From the NCBI GenBank assembly GCA_013824905.1, contig PNOO01000001.1, positions 1 to 29,881 of the forward strand: 29,881 nucleotides of DNA. The letters are read 5' to 3'. Below are positions 8,888 through 17,150 of the stretch, in pieces (the first letter of the stretch is position 1; each line of letters starts with the position of its first letter). Below the pieces are notes generated by a model. That model was not told where the DNA came from and searched no databases. It worked only from the letters and a program-made list of their open reading frames with translations. A program made the translations under genes and the position numbers. The DNA comes from Syntrophus sp. (in: bacteria). Its GTDB lineage: Bacteria > Desulfobacterota > Syntrophia > Syntrophales > UBA5619.

Positions 8888-9009
8888 TGGTTCATCAGGT
8901 TAATGCGTACTTCTCTCTCGTTCACCTACCTACTGTTCAGGGACTAGCAGTTGTGACAACCGAACATTACTGATAGAAAGAAAGTAATGTACAGTTCAGC
9001 GACAGAACT

Positions 9010-9320
9010 TGGAGACTGCCGCTGATCCGCATGGTTTCCCTGCATTTCAGGCAAGTGAGCAGATCGATCTCATAGTTTTTTTGAATCAGATTGACCCAGC
9101 TTGTTCTGGCATGCCGCCGGTGACCTGTTTGATTCGATGATTTACGGGATTGAGCCGTCTTTGGCTCTCTTCTGCCTTTTCCCCCCGAGTGCCGTTGCTC
9201 TATCAACCGTAGTACCAAACCATCTGTTCTCCCCGGTTTGGGACATCCGAACACATGGACGCGAGCCATTCTTGGGCGTCGCAGCCCTTCCGGTCTTTAC
9301 CGTTTCGTCGACGGCATGTC
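9010..9320 (-). pseudogene. Decayed C-terminal fragment of an IS91-family (Y2/HUH) transposase
   Basis: DAQEWLASMCSDVPNRGEQMVWYYG**SN, then after a frameshift SWVNLIQKNYEIDLLTCLKCRETMRI. These match the recalled IS91-like C-terminal motifs (EWLA..HIP..GEQMVRYYG.YSN; WARLI.K.YEVDPL.CP.C...MRI). In-frame stops TGA TAG are present. Confidence 0.75.
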
Positions 9321-12300
9321 GTGTTTCGCTGCTGCCGGACCAGCAGCAGGCCTTGGCTTCGCAGCGTCGGGCGGCTTGGGATTGAGAGGTGGCAACGTTG
9401 TCCCTTCGTTTTGTAACTGTATGGCCTGTTTGGGTTTGTCCGCAATGAAGTTGGTGTAGAAGGTATAGAACCCGGTTAACCCGACAAGAATCCCGATTAT
9501 CCAATAGATGCTATTCAACCATGTAGTTTTTTCCTTTTGTTGTGTTGGTGTTGGTGGAAGCGTCATTTGTATCGACAGTTGTTGGTTTTGGTGAAACTTG
9601 CCTTCCCTTAAAAGCGTGGTGAGGATTTCTTGCACCTGATCCTTCGACATCATGTCGCGATTCATTTGATCATCCGGATAGTGATCGAGGTCACGCTCAT
9701 AGGCTCGGTGTTCCACAATGCCGCCGAGCAGATCCGCGATGGAGACGTTTCTGAATGGATATGGTGGCTTCTCACACCGAATATGAAACTCGTTTGCAGT
9801 GATATAATCTTGAAGTCGTGAAAGCTCGAACATGGTGGGGTTTGGAATTTCGCGACAAATGGGGCAGGTGCATGGCACGAGCGGTTCCACGTCCACCCTT
9901 GGGAAAGACTGTATGTGTACCGCGTCGATGGTGCCACGGATAAGGGCTAGAAAATCCTTGACCGGAAGCCGGTTTCCTCTGACCGAAATATCGATGAGTT
10001 TGAGACCCTCTTTGGAAAGATCCTTTTTAACCAATGCCTTGCATCCGTCCTTGCATAGAATGATGCCGCTCTTCCACACCAGGTCCTCTTTGTCGGGGTT
10101 TTTCGCAATCCAGTCATTCAAGCGAACGATGAGCCGGGTGATGATCCCTTCGGGCATGAACTTGTACCTGTACTGAAAGGACAAGGTGCCTTTTTTGTCC
10201 CAATTGTTGGCCTCCACCGGCGCCACGTCCGAAAGCAGTAGCGGCGCGATGAACGTGTCGGCTTTACCTTTTCCTCCTTCAACGCGGTAAACGAGGTCGA
10301 ACTCCTTTTTCTGCATCAGGTTGAGGAGCTTGTTCTTTTCCTCAAAGCTGTATTGATCGCTCCATTTGTCGAATAGCAGCGTTTTTTCAAACCGGCCATG
10401 GGTCTTCTCGATGTCCTTGTCCGACAGGATCATGTACACGGCCTTTGATATCCACTGAGGATTGACGAACAACGTGTCCGCCAGGGCTGTGTCGTTTCGA
10501 AAGTGAAGAATAATGCCGAGGGTGTTGAGAAAGTTGCATACCGCGAGTTGGTCCGCCTCTTCGGTGATTTCCTGCTTCTTGCAGATCTCCTTGAAATCGG
10601 CCATCGTGATATGGTTCTTCCTCTGTTGTTCGATGACGGCTTCCCGAACCCTGATCCAACTTGCCGGCAGTTCTTCTCCCACGTGTTTTAGACCTGTCAA
10701 CAGCTTTTTGATTTGAGAGGCGATGCCGGCAAAGCGATAGTCTTCCTTGAATAGATTGATATCCTCATACTCGAGGACTCTCAAATCGTTGCCGTACCGG
10801 TTTTTATACAGGTTCCAATCAAATCCTGTAGAAGATTCGATGTTCTTTCGATTGCGAACCACCAGCACAGGGCTGTCTTTGCCGAGAAGATGGATGATTC
10901 GGAACCAGTAGTCGATGTTGGGACAGTCTTTTCGATCATCCAGCATCAGGACGTAGAGGGCATCCTCCGTGAGAAAGAACTGGTGGATATAGTATTGAAT
11001 CTGCTGTCCTCCGAAGTCCCACAGGTGCGCTTTAAAGGACTTCTTTCCCTCGGCTGTGTATTCGAAATCAAACAGCCAATTCATGTATACGTTGATGCCC
11101 AAGGTAGAATCTTCTTCCCGCGATGGGTCGATTCTGTACGTATCATCCACCAGTCGCTTCATGAGCGATGTCTTGCCGGCCTTGGGTTCTCCCACAAAGA
11201 GCACCTTGGCTTCGTAGAGCTTATCCTTCTTTTTGGCCTTCTGTCGGTAGAAGCTGCGGATATCTTCAATATTGGCAAGTTGGACTACATAGCTTTTAGG
11301 TAAATCCGATACCGTTGTTTTTTCAAGAAGCAGATGGCGAAGATTCAATAAACTCAAAATGATTGCAAGACTTGTGAGTTTGTTTCCGCTGAGGTCGAGA
11401 GCGGTCAGCCCTTTAAGCTCTTTTAGGAACGAGAAGTCAGTGAGGTTGTTTCCGCTGAGGTCGAGAGCGGTCAGCCCTTTGAGCTCTTTTAGGAACGAGA
11501 CGTCCGTGAGTTTGTTTCCGCTGAGGTAGAGAGAGGTCAGCCCTTTGAGCTCTTTTAGGAACGAGACGTCCGTGAGGTTGTTTCCGCTGAGGTAGAGAAA
11601 GGTCAGCCCTTTGAGCTCTTTTAGGAACGAGACGTCCGTGAGTTTGTTAAAGTTGAGGCAGAGAGCGGTCAGCCCTTTGAGCTCTTTTAGGAACGAGACG
11701 TCAGTGAGGTTGTAAAAGCTGAGGTCGAGAAAGGTCAGCCCTTTGAGCTCTTTTAGGAACGAGACGTCAGTGAGGTTGTAAAAGCTGAGGTAGAGAGCGG
11801 TCAGCCCTTTGAGCTCTTTTAGGAACGAGACGTCCTTGAGGTTGTTAAAGCTGAGGTCGAGAGAGGTCAGCCCTTTGAGCTCTTTTAGGAACGAGACGTC
11901 CTTGAGGTTGTTAAAGCTGAGGTCGAGAGAGGTCAACCCTTTGAGCTCTTTTAGGAACGAGACGTCCGTGAGGTTGTTTCTGCTGAGGTCGAGAAAGGTC
12001 AGCCCTTTGAGCTCTTTTAGGAACGAGACGTCCTTGAGTTTGTTTCTACTGAGGTCGAGAGAGGTCAGCCCTTTGAGCTCTTTTAGGAACGAGAAGTCCG
12101 TGAGTTTGTTTCCGCTGAGGTAGCGAGAGGTCAACCCTTTGAGCTCTTTTAGGAACGAGAAGTCCGTGAGTTTGTTTCCGCTGAGGTCGAGAGAGGTCAG
12201 CCCTTTGAGCTCTTTTAGGAACGAGACGTCCGTGAGGTTATTTCCACTAAGGTCGAGAGAGGTCAGCCCTTTGAGCTCTTTTAGGAACGAGAAGTCCGTG

Positions 12301-12761
12301 AGTTTGTTTCCGCTGAGGTCGAGAGAGGTCAGCCCTTTGAGCTCTTTTAGGAACGAGACGTCCGTGAGGTTGTTAAAGCTGAGGTAGAGAGAGGTCAGTC
12401 CTTTGAGCTCTTTTAGGAACGAGAAGTCCGTGAGGTAGGGTGCCGAGATGCTGAGTATTTTAAGCTTGTGCAACCGGTTAAGAAAAACAAAATCACGAAT
12501 ATCGTTGAAGCGGATAATCAACGTTTCAATCTCTTGAAGGTCGCCGAGCAACCTGCCCTCGGAAAAGCAGGTATTGTTCAGCCAAAGGGTTACGATGTTT
12601 CCGCTTTCGCTAAAAAAATAGCCCCGTTTGGGTCGATCGGGGTACGTTTCCAATTCATCAAGATTGAGTTCAGGAAACGGTACACCTATCTGTACACCTA
12701 TCTGCTCGATGATGCGCATATCCGATATGTTGTCGGTTGAAGTGATTGAACTTGTTTCCAT
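9297..12761 (-). CDS. Bacterial Roco protein: LRR array, ROC GTPase, COR domain and C-terminal transmembrane helix, 1154 aa
   Basis: LRRs; P-loop GEPKAGKTS (11166-11192); G2 DSTLGI; G3 WDFGGQ; COR motifs LGIILHF, VNPQWI and MPEGIITRLIVRL; hydrophobic segment IYWIIGILVGLTGFYTFY. Confidence 0.92.
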   Translation of the reverse strand: METSSITSTDNISDMRIIEQIGVQIGVPFPELNLDELETYPDRPKRGYFFSESGNIVTLWLNNTCFSEGRLLGDLQEIETLIIRFNDIRDFVFLNRLHKLKILSISAPYLTDFSFLKELKGLTSLYLSFNNLTDVSFLKELKGLTSLDLSGNKLTDFSFLKELKGLTSLDLSGNNLTDVSFLKELKGLTSLDLSGNKLTDFSFLKELKGLTSRYLSGNKLTDFSFLKELKGLTSLDLSRNKLKDVSFLKELKGLTFLDLSRNNLTDVSFLKELKGLTSLDLSFNNLKDVSFLKELKGLTSLDLSFNNLKDVSFLKELKGLTALYLSFYNLTDVSFLKELKGLTFLDLSFYNLTDVSFLKELKGLTALCLNFNKLTDVSFLKELKGLTFLYLSGNNLTDVSFLKELKGLTSLYLSGNKLTDVSFLKELKGLTALDLSGNNLTDFSFLKELKGLTALDLSGNKLTSLAIILSLLNLRHLLLEKTTVSDLPKSYVVQLANIEDIRSFYRQKAKKKDKLYEAKVLFVGEPKAGKTSLMKRLVDDTYRIDPSREEDSTLGINVYMNWLFDFEYTAEGKKSFKAHLWDFGGQQIQYYIHQFFLTEDALYVLMLDDRKDCPNIDYWFRIIHLLGKDSPVLVVRNRKNIESSTGFDWNLYKNRYGNDLRVLEYEDINLFKEDYRFAGIASQIKKLLTGLKHVGEELPASWIRVREAVIEQQRKNHITMADFKEICKKQEITEEADQLAVCNFLNTLGIILHFRNDTALADTLFVNPQWISKAVYMILSDKDIEKTHGRFEKTLLFDKWSDQYSFEEKNKLLNLMQKKEFDLVYRVEGGKGKADTFIAPLLLSDVAPVEANNWDKKGTLSFQYRYKFMPEGIITRLIVRLNDWIAKNPDKEDLVWKSGIILCKDGCKALVKKDLSKEGLKLIDISVRGNRLPVKDFLALIRGTIDAVHIQSFPRVDVEPLVPCTCPICREIPNPTMFELSRLQDYITANEFHIRCEKPPYPFRNVSIADLLGGIVEHRAYERDLDHYPDDQMNRDMMSKDQVQEILTTLLREGKFHQNQQLSIQMTLPPTPTQQKEKTTWLNSIYWIIGILVGLTGFYTFYTNFIADKPKQAIQLQNEGTTLPPLNPKPPDAAKPRPAAGPAAAKHDMPSTKR
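11379..12434 (-). repeat. 16 contiguous 66-bp tandem repeats encoding 22-aa LRRs
   Basis: 16 x 66 = 1056 bp. Unit is L[TK]D[VF]SFLKELKGLT[SFA]L[DYC]L[SN][GFR][NY][NK], with no unique spacers. Confidence 0.97.
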
Positions 12762-12769
12762 AGGCCGTA

Positions 12770-12798
12770 AGTATGAGGACGGGGGGGTTGTATGTCAA
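12770..12798 (-). promoter_or_regulatory. Sigma70-like promoter for the Roco gene
   Basis: Minus strand TTGACA (12798-12793), 17-bp spacer, CATACT (12775-12770), 8 nt before ATG 12761. Confidence 0.65.
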
Positions 12799-12826
12799 GG
12801 TGATTTTTCGCAGGTGATTTTTCGCA
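12799..12826. repeat. Perfect 14-bp tandem duplication (GGTGATTTTTCGCA x2)
   Basis: Copies at 12799-12812 and 12813-12826, abutting the -35 box. Confidence 0.9.
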
Positions 12827-12865
12827 ACCTGTTGTGTCGATAGTTCATATTAATCGGACGAATCT

Positions 12866-13654
12866 TTATTGTTTCATTCGTTTACGGATGGTTTCTGCAT
12901 CGCGGCCTTGGGCAATGTTCAGCTTGGCAATCTGCTGAGAGCACCAAACGCCGGACATCCCAGGGCGTTTTCTTCGCAATGCACGATATTCCTTCCGCCA
13001 GCTCTCGTACATGGCTTTTGTATCCAGCTTGCGAGCTTCCATCCTGGCGTTGCTTGGCGTGTAGCGGTTATCTGCCGTGGTAGTGGAATCGGCCAGCCGT
13101 CGGATCTGCACAGCATCGAGCATATATGCGCCTTCGTGAAATTCAATGAACTCGGCCAACGGGACCTTGCTGTTCCCGGCGACCAGGGTCAACGCGCCCG
13201 AAGCTTCGAGGCATAGCATCTGGCTGCGTTTATCACCGAAAACAATGCCAATTTCCCATCGGCCGGCACTATCTGCTTGCCTGGCGGGGTGGCGCAGATC
13301 AAGGCAAGATGCGACAAAGCCGGATACCAAATCGGGACTGCACTGCCATTGTATTAACCTTTCGGGGGGAACCGGCACCCGATTTATATCGCTGCGCTTG
13401 TCACAAAGGATAAACGATGCCTGGGTGCCTGCTGTTGCGAGCAGGGTACGCAAGGGCATTACACAATTGCTCTCGCACCCTGGACATATAGCGCTTGATG
13501 CCGGACGCGCTTTTACGATCAGCTTTTGGGATTTCATGGCCTTAACTGCCGCCCTGGGCCATTGGCGCAAATCTTCATCATTAACCAGAACCGCAGTATC
13601 CTGGCAGGCACCCACACATCCCAAAAGCTCAAGCAATGCATCAATTGACGTCAT
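12866..13654 (-). CDS. Hypothetical protein, 262 aa, with Cys cluster and possible C-terminal HTH
   Basis: Long ORF whose ATG overlaps the upstream TGA (ATGA). Contains CPGCESNC..LCDK and a basic helical C-terminus (SQQIAKLNIAQGRDAETIRKRM). Confidence 0.8.
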   Translation of the reverse strand: MTSIDALLELLGCVGACQDTAVLVNDEDLRQWPRAAVKAMKSQKLIVKARPASSAICPGCESNCVMPLRTLLATAGTQASFILCDKRSDINRVPVPPERLIQWQCSPDLVSGFVASCLDLRHPARQADSAGRWEIGIVFGDKRSQMLCLEASGALTLVAGNSKVPLAEFIEFHEGAYMLDAVQIRRLADSTTTADNRYTPSNARMEARKLDTKAMYESWRKEYRALRRKRPGMSGVWCSQQIAKLNIAQGRDAETIRKRMKQ

Positions 13655-14871
13655 AATTTAACCGGTCTTTTCCCCTCGGGATTTTTCGCCGGTTCCTTGG
13701 GCTCGATCCCGGACGCTTCCAGCATGTCGCGCAGTTTTAGCCCCAGCTCGTCGTATTTGAGAGAGCAAGAATTGGGATATGTAATACGGATGGAAATCCG
13801 TTTCGCGGGTTTGTTGGAATCCACAACAACTGACGCCGATAGCTCAACCTGTGTGAGGTTGTACATATCCAAAGGGATTGCCTTTCCGATCTGGTCGAGC
13901 AAGACGTAGATGGCATCAGAGTTTCGCGAGGTATCGGCTTCCAGCGTAATGCGATCCCCTTTCTTAATCTGCGAGGAAAGCCGCAGTTTCTTAACCGTCA
14001 CTTCCTCGATGCCGCTGCCAACGTCGTAGGTGAAATCAAAACCTCTCTGGCGCAGCGGAGTCAGATCATAGATTCGTTCGTCTTTTGGATCAGGCGGCAG
14101 TTCATCGATCTTGAGAATCGCCGTTGCGAACATGCCCTGGAGAGGTTCAATGGCCTTATAAGACCCGCGAAAGTTCAGGTCGAGGGAACCCTCCTTTTGC
14201 GAGTAAACATAAATGACCTCGAAAGCGGGATTGTGAGGCCGACGGTCAAACTCGCCATTGACCCATTCGATGCTTTGCTGCGAATAATCTTCGGGATAGG
14301 CGAAAAAATAATCAAGTTCTCCCCGCCGGAAAGGTTCTACCACACAGTTTTTTCCCCGGCCCTCAGTATGGTGGAAATAATGGCGGATCAGCGCGGCCAG
14401 TTGCTGAAGGCTGGCCTCATCCACCGCTGCTGTTCGGTGCGGTAGATTTTTACGCTTGCGCCAATAGGGCATCGTATCCGCATGATAGAAGAGCGTGGCC
14501 CCCCTCCAGAAACAATTGTGATCCAAAAAGGTGGCCATTGCACGTTCATAGTGATTGGATAGGGCCGACAGCTTTTCAATAAAGGTCTTGAGAGCATCCG
14601 GGGTTTCCCGCATTTGCCAGTTTGCCTCGTCAATGATCGCCTGAAAGCCCTTTTCGCAGCTCATCTCGAAGATGTCCCGAAACTCTGAATCCATCTTATT
14701 ACGCTGGCTGTCCGGCAGAGCCAGCCAGGCCTCAAATAGCTCATCCGGCTTGCCCTCCTTCATAGCGGTGAAGTCCATATTGCCAAACAACCCACGCTCA
14801 TTAAAGTAGCGTCCAAGCAGAGCATTCGGCATCTGTCGGAGGAAGTTTTTTGTTGAGTATTGCCCGGCCAT
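13651..14871 (-). CDS. Hypothetical protein, 406 aa
   Basis: Long ORF. ATG 14871 follows AAAGGAG. No domain recognised. Confidence 0.85.
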   Translation of the reverse strand: MAGQYSTKNFLRQMPNALLGRYFNERGLFGNMDFTAMKEGKPDELFEAWLALPDSQRNKMDSEFRDIFEMSCEKGFQAIIDEANWQMRETPDALKTFIEKLSALSNHYERAMATFLDHNCFWRGATLFYHADTMPYWRKRKNLPHRTAAVDEASLQQLAALIRHYFHHTEGRGKNCVVEPFRRGELDYFFAYPEDYSQQSIEWVNGEFDRRPHNPAFEVIYVYSQKEGSLDLNFRGSYKAIEPLQGMFATAILKIDELPPDPKDERIYDLTPLRQRGFDFTYDVGSGIEEVTVKKLRLSSQIKKGDRITLEADTSRNSDAIYVLLDQIGKAIPLDMYNLTQVELSASVVVDSNKPAKRISIRITYPNSCSLKYDELGLKLRDMLEASGIEPKEPAKNPEGKRPVKL

Positions 14872-14907
14872 GTGATCTCCTTTCTTTGGCACTTTTTCCG
14901 CAAAACG

Positions 14908-14937
14908 ATAATAATACTTTCAAGTCCTTTAAGTCAA
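14908..14937 (-). promoter_or_regulatory. Putative sigma70 promoter for the 406/262-aa pair
   Basis: Minus strand TTGACT (14937-14932), 18-bp spacer, TATTAT (14913-14908). Confidence 0.5.
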
Positions 14938-15113
14938 CAGAGTCAGTTCTATAGCCGACTTATTCAATTACGACAGAATGGTATCCTGAACCGCAGAAGA
15001 GCGATGAAAACATGAAATGTGCCGGTCAGTCCACTGTGGAGTATTTATTGTAGTCAGTGAATGAGACTGACGCGCTTTTGTAGCAGCTTTCACTCCGTAC
15101 TACTCAGGTAAGA

Positions 15114-15341
15114 TCAAGGAAAATCTGAACCGTACTGGTTATCGCTGTCACTTACAATTGTTGATGGCCAAGATACGACAAGCGTAAAAATTACGGATTG
15201 ATAGCTTCTACGATACGTTTCAGTGATTGGCCTAAAGCGACGCGGAAACCGATCAGCCTGCGAGCATTTGTTGTATGGCCGCTCCTGTAGAGAAATGGGG
15301 GTAGCGGCATCAGGAAGAACATAGTGGCATGTTCTACTCAT
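15114..15341 (-). CDS. Possible small hypothetical protein or decayed gene, 75 aa
   Basis: AGGAGG lies upstream but far from the ATG (~14 nt). No motif recognised. Confidence 0.25.
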   Translation of the reverse strand: MSRTCHYVLPDAATPISLQERPYNKCSQADRFPRRFRPITETYRRSYQSVIFTLVVSWPSTIVSDSDNQYGSDFP

Positions 15342-15389
15342 AATAATTTTTTACACCTCCTACTACTTGGCGGTTCTCGCCACACCCCA

Positions 15390-16091
15390 TCAAGTCCTAT
15401 TCCAAGTCGTCCATCTACTCAGTATGGCCGCACCTGGACAGCGGCAGTTCTTGGTAATCGTAACCCAGTTAAATTCATCTATAAGTTTTGGGATAGATGA
15501 GTGTGGTCGGTCCAAGTATCTTGGAAGATCATAAAGTGATATGCCTTGCACTTTGCATTGTGATTCCAGCTGTGAAAGGGCTCTTTTCATATCCATATGG
15601 AAGCGATAGTAAGACTGTCCCGAAGCATCATATTTGAGTTTAGCTCTTATCGGCTCATCCCAAAGTACGAGGGCTTTGGGGCGTAAAGCAAAAAGGATTT
15701 TTGCTGCGCCAGTCGCTCCAATAGAAACTGGTATCCGCCCAGATCCCTTAGCTCTATGACTCGCTATTTTCCCCATCAGGTTTTCATAAGCCCTGCTGGT
15801 TAATTCAAGTTCTTCTGGCAACATCGAGTATAAGTCAGTATCCTTTACAGGCAAGATGTCTCTGTAGTCCTCATACCACTGTAAAATCTCCCCGCTTGCT
15901 TGGTCGTGACACTCCACGGAAAACTGTCTACATCCCCATTTGTTAAGCCAGGTGATGAGAGCCTGCCGATGGTCAGCAGATGTCAAGTCCAAGTCGTCAT
16001 TAATCCTCCCCTGGAAAGAACGATATGAGTTGTCGAAATCGCTCATACTGGCATAGATGTAACATGCAAAAGCAAGTTCGCCCAGGTTCAT
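15390..16091 (-). CDS. Helix-hairpin-helix (HhH-GPD/DUF6308-like) protein, putative DNA glycosylase-like, 233 aa
   Basis: IGATGAAKILFALRPKALVLWD resembles the G-x-T-x-A-(S)-K-x-L..P....(W/Y)D HhH motif, and there is a late KLIDEFNW motif. Strong RBS GAGGAGG. Confidence 0.55.
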   Translation of the reverse strand: MNLGELAFACYIYASMSDFDNSYRSFQGRINDDLDLTSADHRQALITWLNKWGCRQFSVECHDQASGEILQWYEDYRDILPVKDTDLYSMLPEELELTSRAYENLMGKIASHRAKGSGRIPVSIGATGAAKILFALRPKALVLWDEPIRAKLKYDASGQSYYRFHMDMKRALSQLESQCKVQGISLYDLPRYLDRPHSSIPKLIDEFNWVTITKNCRCPGAAILSRWTTWNRT

Positions 16092-16096
16092 AATCT

Positions 16097-17137
16097 CTAA
16101 TCCTCCTCCTGCGCCGCAACCGACCAGATACGCTTGAGGGGTAACTCGGCTTTTAAATCTTCGTCGAGTTTGTCATAGTGAGTGAAGAGTTGTTCCAGCA
16201 GTTCTTTCTGAGTCCAGAGCCGAACCTTAAAAAAACTTGCCGCCAATTCTTTTGGCACGTTGCTCTTGAACCCGCTCCATGAAACAAATAAACCTTCATT
16301 TGCACCGAACTTGCTCACCGCACCGAGCAGCTTGTCCACCATAGAACGGTCGATGGGCGATGTTTCCGATTTCACCTCGACGCAGAGCCTCGGCTCACTG
16401 AAGCCAAGCGGACCGGAACCAGCAAGAATATCAGCCCCGCCATCGGCGCCTTCCGGGCTTCGATAAGTTGTGTAGCCTTGGGCCGTGAGAATGGCCTCAA
16501 CCAATCGTGTCAACCCGTGCCCCTTGAATTTGGCCTCAATGACTCGGGCAATCTGGTCGCGTGACAGTTCTTCAAGATCTGGCGCAGCAACATGTTCGTC
16601 ATTATCAGTAGCGACAGCAGGCTTCACCTTAACAGCCGCAAGGTTTTCAGGTTTCCATCCGTTTGCCCGCATTGCAGAAATCCTGGATTCTGCATTGTTA
16701 CGCTGTATACGACATACAGTCATGAATGCGCCAAAGGAGTAGAGAAGGTCTTGGCTGAAATTTGAACGCGGGATGGTTTCACCAATCCATTTCACCGGTC
16801 GCCAGTGATAAAAGGGGCTCGGCCCTTTCTTTTCAAAGTGGTAATCCCCGGTGATTTCTCCGATGTAAATAGCGGGTTGTGATTTGAGCGGCAAGACGAC
16901 AAGATCACCTTGTTTCATATCGTGTGCGAACGGCCAGACCTGGCTTACCCAATTATAGAGGCGCTTCGGCTTTGCATCGGAATATATCTTCTCCATGAAT
17001 GTAAAAAGATCATTACGATTGCTCAGTTTCGACAGATCTTCCGTAAGGTTGTCTTTCGTTAAATAGACGTGCTTATCCTGGATGAACTTTTGTTCGTATT
17101 CGCCGTGCGAGCCGGCGCGGATTAACCAGATAGCCAT
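16097..17137 (-). CDS. Mrr-like (type IV) restriction endonuclease with N-terminal EVE/PUA-like domain, 346 aa
   Basis: C-terminal ADGGADI..CVEVKS..GLFVSWSGF (Mrr_cat). N-terminal IWLIRAG..MKQGDLVVLP..IGEITGDY..RPVKW. ATG 17137 follows GGAGG. Confidence 0.85.
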   Translation of the reverse strand: MAIWLIRAGSHGEYEQKFIQDKHVYLTKDNLTEDLSKLSNRNDLFTFMEKIYSDAKPKRLYNWVSQVWPFAHDMKQGDLVVLPLKSQPAIYIGEITGDYHFEKKGPSPFYHWRPVKWIGETIPRSNFSQDLLYSFGAFMTVCRIQRNNAESRISAMRANGWKPENLAAVKVKPAVATDNDEHVAAPDLEELSRDQIARVIEAKFKGHGLTRLVEAILTAQGYTTYRSPEGADGGADILAGSGPLGFSEPRLCVEVKSETSPIDRSMVDKLLGAVSKFGANEGLFVSWSGFKSNVPKELAASFFKVRLWTQKELLEQLFTHYDKLDEDLKAELPLKRIWSVAAQEED

Positions 17138-17150
17138 AGCAGCACCTCCA

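Noticed and set aside
11379-12434. CRISPR array
   Set aside because: The repeats are contiguous 66-bp units with no unique spacers, are in frame within a CDS, and no cas genes are present.
11379-12434. Diversity-generating retroelement acting on the LRRs
   Set aside because: There is no reverse transcriptase or template repeat in the window. Variable sites are mostly G/T/C alternations on the sense strand rather than A-to-N, and the same alleles recur, which fits recombination better.
15020-15075. Small hairpins (gtcagt-N7-actgac; tccac-t-gtgga) upstream of the 406-aa gene
   Set aside because: The 5-6 bp stems are too short to distinguish from chance.
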